A stretch of DNA of 64,000 bases from positions 320,001 through 384,000 of the forward strand of contig OZ243916.1 in the NCBI GenBank assembly GCA_965213675.1, in the 5' to 3' direction. The position numbers and the translations under genes were made by a program. The notes below the pieces were generated by a model. The model saw only the letters and a list, made by a program, of their open reading frames with translations, searched no databases and had not been told where the DNA came from. The DNA comes from an uncultured Candidatus Binatia bacterium. Its GTDB lineage: Bacteria > Desulfobacterota > Binatia > UBA9968 > JAJDTQ01. How positions within the stretch are numbered: position 1 is the first letter of the stretch; each line of letters opens with the position of its first letter. This document shows, in pieces, positions 1-7,527 of this stretch.

Positions 1-70
1 CGATGCCGGACAGGAACATGGCCCGGATGAGGCCCATGCGGATGGCGAAGAACCCGCCCCGCCGCACCAT
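1..70 (-). CDS. 5' end of a probable membrane protein running off the window edge
   Basis: ATG at 70 (minus) opens MVRRGGFFAIRMGLIRAMFLSGI with coding-like GC3 bias; too short to assign a family. Confidence 0.35.
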   Translation of the reverse strand, partial: MVRRGGFFAIRMGLIRAMFLSGI

Positions 71-174
71 TCTTTATTTCTGGGGATCGCGGTCAAGGCG
101 CCGAATCTTCTGGCAAATCCCTACCTCAGTTGGCATAATTCCCTGAGTATCTTGCGACGCCAGAGTCCACCGCC

Positions 175-591
175 ATGAACCCGCCAAAGAAACCGCGCTG
201 GCAGTACCGGTTCGACAACTACAAACGTGCCTTCGTCTTGCTCAGGGAGGCCCTTGACGAAGACCGGGAATTCAGCCAGTTGGAGCAGGAGGGTGTCATT
301 CAACGCTTTGAGTATAGGATGGAGTTGGCTTGGAACGTCATGAAGGACTACCTGGAAAACGAGAATCTCGTCTTGCGGCAGGTTACTCCTCGGGCGGTCA
401 TACGCGCTGCGTTTTCGTCCAGGCTGGTCAGCGACGGTGAGACGTGGATGGATGCACTGGATGACCGCAACAAGATGTCTCATACCTACGACTTCGAGAA
501 GTTCAAGGATGTGATCGACAGCATCAGAAGCCGCTACTTGGCGGTCATGGATGAGCTCTATACGAAGCTGCTTGAAGAGAGCGTAGAGTAG
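175..591 (+). CDS. HEPN-domain toxin / nucleotidyltransferase substrate-binding protein (HI0074 family)
   Basis: 138 aa; GVIQRFEY..ELAWNVMKDYL and HEPN R-x4-H-x-Y motif (RNKMSHTY). Confidence 0.9.
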   Translation: MNPPKKPRWQYRFDNYKRAFVLLREALDEDREFSQLEQEGVIQRFEYRMELAWNVMKDYLENENLVLRQVTPRAVIRAAFSSRLVSDGETWMDALDDRNKMSHTYDFEKFKDVIDSIRSRYLAVMDELYTKLLEESVE

Positions 592-596
592 GTTTG

Positions 597-914
597 ATGG
601 ACCACGGCCTTACAGCCAAGCAGCTAGTCACGATTAAACGGATTCTTGCGCCTTATGCGGACGTTATCACTCGCGTGGACCTTTTCGGTTCGCGCGCCAC
701 AGGCGTTTGCCGTCCGGATTCAGACATAGACTTGGTCCTGCACGGTCAACTGGACGGAAGAACCATCGATCGTCTGTGGACGCTGTTTCACGAGAGTAGC
801 CTTCCGGTTGCGGTTGACGTGATGGGCTACCACCTTACGACGGATCGACCGCTCAGAGCCCATATTGACGAGGTGAGGCAGCCGCTCTTCACTCAACAGG
901 AACTGAAGACGTAA
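597..914 (+). CDS. Minimal nucleotidyltransferase (MNT) antitoxin
   Basis: LFGSRA-x6-DSDIDL motif; starts 5 nt after the HEPN gene. Confidence 0.9.
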   Translation: MDHGLTAKQLVTIKRILAPYADVITRVDLFGSRATGVCRPDSDIDLVLHGQLDGRTIDRLWTLFHESSLPVAVDVMGYHLTTDRPLRAHIDEVRQPLFTQQELKT

Positions 915-1050
915 ACGGCCGTCCATCAACAAGAAATGCGCCATGTCCCAGACCCGCTATGGCGGGCGCTACAAGAAGCGCGCCCAACGTGACTACCTGA
1001 CGCTGGCCGAAGTTCTCGCCATTCCGCGGATCAGATCCGACGGTACAATG

Positions 1051-1185
1051 AGGGCCGCAATCTTCGAGTTCATCGAAGTGTTCTACAATCGGCAACGTCG
1101 CCACTCGGCTACTACACACCAGCAGGCTTCGAGCGGATGGCACCGGTACCTTAACCAACCTGTCCACCAATCCCGGCGAAGGCCA
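1051..1185 (+). mobile_element. IS3-family remnant (integrase C-terminus plus right terminal repeat)
   Basis: Translation AAIFEFIEVFYNRQRRHS typical of the IS3 OrfB end; terminus TTAACCAACCTGTCCACCAATCCCGGCGAAGGCCA ending in CA; 33/35 identical to the reverse complement of 40926-40960. Confidence 0.8.
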
Positions 1186-1225
1186 GTTCCGTTGCGCGGA
1201 ACGGTGACGGGTTCGGCACGGGTTG

Positions 1226-2461
1226 CTACCGTGCTTGCTCGCGCGCGGCGGGAACCGCCAGGATGGTGACCGCGCCCAACAGGTTGATGGCGCCGAAGAG
1301 ATAGAAGGTGTAGCGGAGGCCGTAGGTGTCGGCCACGGCGCCGGCTACCAGCGGGAACACCAGCGACAGGGTCGAGCGCCCCACGTCCATGAAGGTCTGG
1401 GCCGCGCCCCAGATGTTTCTGGGCGCGTGCTCCAGCCCGCTGGCCTGGATGATGGGCCCCACGGCGAAGAGCGCCATGCCGCCGAGGGACACCACCGGCA
1501 GCAGGAACCACCCGGACGGCATGAGCGGGATGGCGCCGATGAGCAGGCCGCCGATGAGAAGCGAAAGGAAGATGGTGATCTTTCGTCCGAAGCGGTCGGA
1601 GAGGTGTCCGATGACCGGCGCGAAGATGGTGCCCACCAGCGCCAGGCAGGCCAGGTAGAGTCCCACCGTGGCGATGCCCATGTTCAGGTCCGTGGTCAGG
1701 TAGAGCGGCAGGAAGGTTGGGACCAGGTTTTCGCCGATGGAGCGCAGCGCCGCCACCAGGGTCACGCCCATGAGCGGCAGATTGGTGAGGATTTCGCCGC
1801 GCAAGGCCTTGCCGTAGGAAGCGGAACGGTTGCGCGCCGTGGCGTCGTGACGCAAGGGCGGCAGCACCAACCAAAGGAAGATGGCGATGGCGACGCCCGG
1901 CACGAACTGGAACAGGTAGGCCGTGCGCCACGTGATCCAGGTGAGCAGCGCGCCCACCACAATGGGGGCCAGGGCCGCGCCGACGTTGGCCCCCATGGCG
2001 TGTACCCCCAGGGCGAAACCCATGCGGTCCGGAAACTTCTCGCCCACCACCGCGCGCGCAGGGGCGTGCCACATAAAACCGCCCAACAGAGCCTGGATGC
2101 ACACCAGCGCGCCGAAGATCCAGAAGGTCGGCGAAAACCCCTGGAGGGAGACGAACAGGGAGGGCCACAGGAGCGACAGCAGCAGGACGCCCCGGCGGTC
2201 GCGCAACAGGTCGGTGGCCAGGCCGCCGATGGTGATGCTCAGGATGTGGGACACCCGCTGTGCCGAGCGCAGCACGCCGATGTCGGTGTAGGAGATGCCG
2301 AAATCGCGCACCACCAGTGGCAGGCACACCGCCATGGTTCCCTGAAACACGTGCGTCACGCCGTGCCCCATGGTCAGCAGCCCGAGTACGCGGCCGCGGG
2401 ACGGTTCTTCCGGGGCCACCGCATCCGGCACGGCGGCCGATGGGTCGGTGGTGTTGCTCAT
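1226..2461 (-). CDS. MFS transporter
   Basis: 411 aa, about 12 hydrophobic segments, G-x3-D-x2-G-R motif (GHLSDRFGRK). Confidence 0.9.
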   Translation of the reverse strand: MSNTTDPSAAVPDAVAPEEPSRGRVLGLLTMGHGVTHVFQGTMAVCLPLVVRDFGISYTDIGVLRSAQRVSHILSITIGGLATDLLRDRRGVLLLSLLWPSLFVSLQGFSPTFWIFGALVCIQALLGGFMWHAPARAVVGEKFPDRMGFALGVHAMGANVGAALAPIVVGALLTWITWRTAYLFQFVPGVAIAIFLWLVLPPLRHDATARNRSASYGKALRGEILTNLPLMGVTLVAALRSIGENLVPTFLPLYLTTDLNMGIATVGLYLACLALVGTIFAPVIGHLSDRFGRKITIFLSLLIGGLLIGAIPLMPSGWFLLPVVSLGGMALFAVGPIIQASGLEHAPRNIWGAAQTFMDVGRSTLSLVFPLVAGAVADTYGLRYTFYLFGAINLLGAVTILAVPAAREQAR

Positions 2462-2587
2462 GGCGTGGTTCCAGGTGTTTTTTTATGGTGATTTGCCACA
2501 GCGGTAAGCCATGTTGGAATTCAGCACCACACAACAGAAGCGGTGACGGTTGGATGAACCTGGAAATTGCATTCGAGCCCATTGGGG

Positions 2588-2674
2588 GTGTTGTATGCTT
2601 TGGAAGACGACGACCGGCTGTCCGAAAAGGCAAGGGAACTTAAGGCGGATCTTCTCCGGAGAGCGTGTAAGTGA
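2588..2674 (+). pseudogene. Possible VapC/PIN toxin N-terminal fragment
   Basis: VLYALEDDDRLSEKARELKAD resembles the PIN segment LWAL.DDPRLSEKARELI.D; no intact ORF. Confidence 0.3.
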
Positions 2675-2715
2675 CATTCAGTCGGCGGGAAATCGAATCA
2701 TTGAGGTGGTGTCAG

Positions 2716-3033
2716 TCATCGAGTCGCCTGCACTTTGAGGTGCAGTCCCTCGCGTTCCTGAAGACAGCTGATGATCTCGAAGAGATTACGCGCCTGCGGA
2801 TTGCCGTTCGGACTGAGCATGCGCATTAGGCTCTTGGGCGACTTCGCGGTCAGCCCGGCGAGTTCCTGGAACCCTATGGTCGCGTTGACGTAGTCGCGCA
2901 AAACTGACTTTCCGACATCGACTTCGCCGGCAAGAAGGCACTGCACGCCTTCTTCGAGTAGCGCCTCCCGGAAGCCCGGATCGCGCTCCAGCCGCTCCCG
3001 GATCGTCACTCTGAAATCGCGCGTCAATGTCAT
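2716..3033 (-). CDS. Addiction-module antidote / HTH DNA-binding protein (orphan antitoxin)
   Basis: MTLTRDF...LRDYVNATIGF..LA..T.K.PKSLMRMLSP.GNP.A.NLF pattern; RBS AGGAGG; no intact upstream toxin. Confidence 0.8.
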   Translation of the reverse strand: MTLTRDFRVTIRERLERDPGFREALLEEGVQCLLAGEVDVGKSVLRDYVNATIGFQELAGLTAKSPKSLMRMLSPNGNPQARNLFEIISCLQEREGLHLKVQATR

Positions 3034-3212
3034 GGTCTCAACCCTCCTGCCGCTTACCGGTCATTGTGGGGAGTGATGCGGCCACGCAGTCGGACGCCGC
3101 AACGGATCAGAAAGTGCCCCAAGTAGCCAAGGTTCTTATGATAAATAAAGTGATAATCATTAGAGCGTATCGCGCCTAACCCATTGTAAAACAAGTAATT
3201 TACCAAAAACTT

Positions 3213-3307
3213 TGGCGGAGAAGGGAGGGAGTCGAACCCTCCGAGAACCTTACGGCCCTCAGACTGGTTTTGAAGACCAGCGGCGCCACCGGGCACCTTC
3301 CTTCTCC
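3213..3307 (-). tRNA. selC: tRNA-Sec (anticodon UCA)
   Basis: 95 nt; 8-bp acceptor GGAGAAGG/CCTTCTCC, 6-bp D stem with 4-nt loop, anticodon loop CTTCAAA, long variable arm, 5-bp T stem, GCCA end. Confidence 0.95.
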
Positions 3308-3337
3308 AGGTTCCGGCATGTGCATGATGACAGACTT

Positions 3338-5665
3338 CTAGGGTTCTGTCGCGCGGGCGGCAAGAGAGGGCGGCTCGAAGGCGCGCACGGCCGGCAATTC
3401 TCCGTGGAACGCCGCCACCTCGACCAGCGCCGTCTGTGAGATGGGACCCTGGGCCAGACGGGAGGTCCCCTTGTCCAGGGTCAGGACGTTGGGGTTGCCG
3501 TGCCGGTCCAATCCGCCGGGCGCGGCGGGGTCGTACCAGGCGCCGGTGGCGAGCACGACCACGTCGGGCAAGACGCTGTCGGTGACGCGAACCCCGGCCA
3601 GGCAGCTTCCGCGATCATTGTACACGCGCACGACGCTGCCATCCGTGATTTCCCGGGCAGCGGCCGCGGCGGGATGGATCAGCAGCGGCTCGCGGCCCTG
3701 CACCTTGTTGGCCAAGCTCACCGCGCCCGGGTCGTGCTGGCTATGCAGCCTCGTGGCGGGCTGGTTGGAGATGAGGTGGAGCGGGAAGCTCCGGGCTTCC
3801 TCCGCGCCCAGCCACTCCGCCGGCTCGATCCAGGCCGGATGACCGGGGCAGTCGCCGTAGCCGAAACCCGCGACAGTGTCCGAAAAGATCTCGATGCGGC
3901 CGGACGGGGTGGGCAACGGGTGCGCCGCGGGGTTCTCCCGGAAGCGCGCGAGCAGCACTTTTTCTTCGCCGCTGGTGGGCAGGGTGATGTGACCGGCGCT
4001 CCAGAAGGCGTCGAAGGGCGGCAACTCGATGCCGTCGCGGATGAAGGCGCTCCGAAGTTCGTCATAGAGGCGCCGGAGCCAACCGTTCTCCGACCGGCCT
4101 TCGGTGAAGCGCTCCGCGAAATCCAGTCGCCCCGCAACCCCGGAGAAGATGTCGTAGTCGTTCCGCGCCTCGCCGACGGGAGGAATGGCCTGGGCCATGG
4201 CGAACACGATGGGATCGGAAGCCTGCCTGCCGATGTCGTTTCGTTCCAGCGGCGTGGTGGCCGGCAGCACAATGTCTGCATGCCGTGCCAACGCGTTCCA
4301 CCAAGGCTCGTGGACGATGATGGTTTCGGGGCGTTGCCATGCCTCCACCAGCCGGTTGAGGTCCTGGTGATGGTGGAAGGGATTGCCGCCGCACCAATAG
4401 ACGAGACGGATGTCGGGATATACGAGGCGCCGGCCGTCATAGTCGAAGGGCTCGCCCGGGTGGAGCAGCATGTCGGTGATGCGCGCCACCGGGATGAAGG
4501 ATGACACCGGGTTCGCGCCCTGGGGCAACGTGATCCCGCCCGTGGCCCGCACCGGATTGCCGATGGCGCCGGTGGAACCGTAGCCGTAGCCGATGCCACC
4601 GCCGGGAAGCCCGATCTGTCCCAGCATCGCGGCCAGCACCGCGGCCATCCAATAGGGCTGTTCTCCATGGTCGGCCCGTTGCAGTGACCAGCTCACGGTG
4701 ATGAGCGTGCGGCTCGCGGCCATGCGCCGCGCCAGGTCGCGGATGGCGCTCGCCGCAATGCCGCACACGCCTGCCGCCCATTCCGGGTCCTTGGGACGGC
4801 CGTCCGTTTCACCCATGAGGTAGGCGCGGAACACCTCGAAGCCGGTACAGTACTTTTCCAGAAACGTCTCGTCGTGGAGACCTTCCTGGAGCAGCGTGTG
4901 GGCCAGCCCCAACATGAGCGCCGTGTCGGTGTTGGGCCGCGGGGTCAGCCACTCCGCCTCGAGGAAGGCCGCGGCGTCGTCCCTCACCGGACTGACGTTC
5001 ACGAACGCCACGCCGTTCCTGCGGCACCGTTGGAGCCAGTCACGCGTCGTATGCCGGGCGATGCCGCCGGCGCTGACCTGCGTGTTCTTGAGCGGAATGC
5101 CGCCGAAGCTGACCACCAGCTCCGTCTCCCTTGCGATCACCGGCCACGAAGTGGCCCCGTCGCGCACCGAGTACCAGTCGTATCCGAAGACGTGGGGGAT
5201 GATGACTTCACCGGCCGCGTAGCTGTAGGTGTTGACCGACCGGACATAGCCGCCGGCCTGGTTGAGGAAACGGTGAAGCTGGCTCTGGGCGTGGTGGAAC
5301 CGGCCTGCGGAGGCCCAGCCGTAGGAGCCGCCGAAAATCGCCTCGTTGCCGTACGCGTCGCGCACGCGCCGCAACTCCCCGGCCACCAGGTCGAGCGCCT
5401 CGTCCCAACTCACCGGGACGAACGGTTCGGCGCCGCGGCCGCCCCCGTGATGCTCCGGGCCCCGCTCCAGCCAGCCTTGGCGCACCATGGGTTGCGCCAC
5501 CCGGCAGCGGTGTTGCACCACGTCCGGGAGCGACTGGCCGATGGGCGACGGATCCGGATCGCCGGCGAACGGGTGCGCGGCCACAATGCGTCCGTCCTGA
5601 ACCTCGACCTGGTAGGCGCCCCAGTGAAGGGATGTTTGAACGCGCCGGGAGTTCGTATGGCTCAT
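3338..5665 (-). CDS. Molybdopterin guanine dinucleotide S/N-oxide reductase (BisC/TorA/DMSO reductase family), cytoplasmic
   Basis: TSLHWG, GGSYGWASAG, NTYSYAAG (Ser ligand), RLHSQ, C-terminal GNPNVLT; AGGAG RBS before ATG 5665; no Tat signal or N-terminal Fe-S motif. Confidence 0.9.
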   Translation of the reverse strand: MSHTNSRRVQTSLHWGAYQVEVQDGRIVAAHPFAGDPDPSPIGQSLPDVVQHRCRVAQPMVRQGWLERGPEHHGGGRGAEPFVPVSWDEALDLVAGELRRVRDAYGNEAIFGGSYGWASAGRFHHAQSQLHRFLNQAGGYVRSVNTYSYAAGEVIIPHVFGYDWYSVRDGATSWPVIARETELVVSFGGIPLKNTQVSAGGIARHTTRDWLQRCRRNGVAFVNVSPVRDDAAAFLEAEWLTPRPNTDTALMLGLAHTLLQEGLHDETFLEKYCTGFEVFRAYLMGETDGRPKDPEWAAGVCGIAASAIRDLARRMAASRTLITVSWSLQRADHGEQPYWMAAVLAAMLGQIGLPGGGIGYGYGSTGAIGNPVRATGGITLPQGANPVSSFIPVARITDMLLHPGEPFDYDGRRLVYPDIRLVYWCGGNPFHHHQDLNRLVEAWQRPETIIVHEPWWNALARHADIVLPATTPLERNDIGRQASDPIVFAMAQAIPPVGEARNDYDIFSGVAGRLDFAERFTEGRSENGWLRRLYDELRSAFIRDGIELPPFDAFWSAGHITLPTSGEEKVLLARFRENPAAHPLPTPSGRIEIFSDTVAGFGYGDCPGHPAWIEPAEWLGAEEARSFPLHLISNQPATRLHSQHDPGAVSLANKVQGREPLLIHPAAAAAREITDGSVVRVYNDRGSCLAGVRVTDSVLPDVVVLATGAWYDPAAPGGLDRHGNPNVLTLDKGTSRLAQGPISQTALVEVAAFHGELPAVRAFEPPSLAARATEP

Positions 5666-6002
5666 TTCCGGAAACTCCTGTGTGCTGCGCCGCGTGTGCG
5701 GGTCGAATGCACCGGCCGAATGCCCGAGTTCAATGCCCGGGTCGCGCGACACTCCATGCCAAAGAACCAAGGGATACCCTGAATACCGTGAAAAGGGGAT
5801 GCTACCCTGAAAAGGGGACGCCTCTCAAACAACCCAACGCAACCGCACACAGCCACCGCGCTCGCCCACGCCATCGCTTCGTGACTGGCGTTTCCCAGAC
5901 GGCCGGACTACAATCCGGCGCTAGTCCCGTACATTCCTGCGACAAGTTGGGCAGGAAGTTTGTTGTTGAGTGGCCAGCCCCACCGCAGCGGCTTCGGAGT
6001 GG

Positions 6003-6887
6003 ATGATGAAACCGGCGTCCTTCGAGTATCACGGTCCCGCGACGTTGGCCGAGGCCACATCCTTGCTCGCCGGTCTCGGTGAGGAGGCGCGGGTGCTGGC
6101 CGGCGGCCAGAGCCTGGTGCCGCTGATGAACTTCCGGCTGGCCCGGCCCGCGCATCTGGTGGACTTGAACCGCGTGGCCGAACTGGACTTTTGCGCCATC
6201 GACCGCGGCACGTTGCGCATCGGCGCGATGACGCGGCAGCGCGCGCTTGAACGCTCGCCGGAGGTGGCCGCGGGCTGGCCGCTGCTGCGCGAGGCCGCCG
6301 GTTACATCGGCCACGTGCAGATACGCAACCGCGGCACCGTGGGCGGCAGTCTCGCCCACGCCTTTCCGTCCGCCGAGTTGCCCGTGGCCATGGTCACCCT
6401 GGACGCGGACCTTGTGGTGCGGAGCGAAGGCGGCGAGCGCACCGTGAGCGCGGAGGAGTTTTTTCTCGGCGCCATGACCACGGTGCTGGAGCCGGGGGAG
6501 TTGCTGGCGGAGGCGCGGGTGGGGGCGGTGGCCGCGGGAAGCGGCGCGTCGTTTCACGAAGTAAGCCGTCGCTACGGCGACTTCGCCTTGGCGGGAGCGG
6601 CAGCGCTCGTCACCCTGGACACGAACGGCGCGGTGAGCGGCGCGCGCCTGACGCTCACCGGATCGGCCCCCATACGTGCCCGCGACGCCGAGACGACGCT
6701 GCTGGGTGAGAAGCCCTCGGACGCGCTCTTCCGCGAGGCCGCGCGCCGCGCCGTGAATGGCATCGAGCAGGACTCCGACATGCACGCCAGCGCCGACTAC
6801 CGCCGCCGCGCGTGCGCCGTGATGGCCCGGCGCGCGCTGGCGCGTGCGGCACGGCTGGCCGCGGCCTCGTCCGAGTCCGGCGAGTGA
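6003..6887 (+). CDS. Xanthine dehydrogenase/CoxM-family FAD-binding subunit
   Basis: MKPASFEYH, LAGGQSL, QIRNRGTVGGS, ASADYRR motifs. Confidence 0.92.
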   Translation: MMKPASFEYHGPATLAEATSLLAGLGEEARVLAGGQSLVPLMNFRLARPAHLVDLNRVAELDFCAIDRGTLRIGAMTRQRALERSPEVAAGWPLLREAAGYIGHVQIRNRGTVGGSLAHAFPSAELPVAMVTLDADLVVRSEGGERTVSAEEFFLGAMTTVLEPGELLAEARVGAVAAGSGASFHEVSRRYGDFALAGAAALVTLDTNGAVSGARLTLTGSAPIRARDAETTLLGEKPSDALFREAARRAVNGIEQDSDMHASADYRRRACAVMARRALARAARLAAASSESGE

Positions 6888-6922
6888 ATGGGGTGTTTCA
6901 GGCACGGGAGCGGGGATTGAGC

Positions 6923-7396
6923 ATGGGCAAGATTGCGTTACGCATTAACGGTGTGGAGCGCAGCGGTGAGGCCGAGCCGCGCAGGCTCTTGTGTGACTTC
7001 ATCCGCGACGACCTGGAACTGACTGGCACCCATGTGGGCTGCGAGCACGGCGTGTGCGGCGCCTGCACGGTGTTGCTGAACGGCGACCCGGTGCGTTCCT
7101 GCCTGATGTTCGCGGTGCAGGCCGACGGCGCCGAGATCGAAACCGTGGAGGGTCTGGCGCCGGACGCGGAAACGCTGCACCCGCTGCAGGAGAAGTTCCA
7201 GGAACGGCACGGACTCCAGTGCGGCTTCTGCACGCCGGGCATCCTGCTGACGGCCCGGGCGCTGCTGCGGGAGAATCCCGATCCCGGCGAAACCGAGATC
7301 CGCGAGTGGATCAGCGGCAACCTGTGCCGCTGCACGGGTTACAAGAACATCGTGACGGCCATTCGCGACGCCGCGGAAGAGATGTCGAAAGGGTAA
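6923..7396 (+). CDS. (2Fe-2S)-binding subunit, CoxS family
   Basis: GCEHGVCGACTV, QCGFCTPG, GNLCRCTGY. Confidence 0.95.
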   Translation: MGKIALRINGVERSGEAEPRRLLCDFIRDDLELTGTHVGCEHGVCGACTVLLNGDPVRSCLMFAVQADGAEIETVEGLAPDAETLHPLQEKFQERHGLQCGFCTPGILLTARALLRENPDPGETEIREWISGNLCRCTGYKNIVTAIRDAAEEMSKG

Positions 7397-7527
7397 CGTG
7401 CGCGGCAAACCCGGATCGCTTGCGCCGCCCAGATGTTTGTCGTGAACGTCATCGAGAACGGTGACCGCATCATGGCCCGCCTTGGCATCTGACAGAGGGG
7501 TCGAACCCGCCCGCCCACGAGGTACAC

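Noticed and set aside
5666-6002. Possible Moco riboswitch or sigma54 promoter between the divergent molybdoenzyme genes; GAAAAGGGGA direct repeat
   Set aside because: No recognisable Moco RNA consensus; the TGGCAT...GC spacing is one base off the -24/-12 rule; the repeat alone is uninformative
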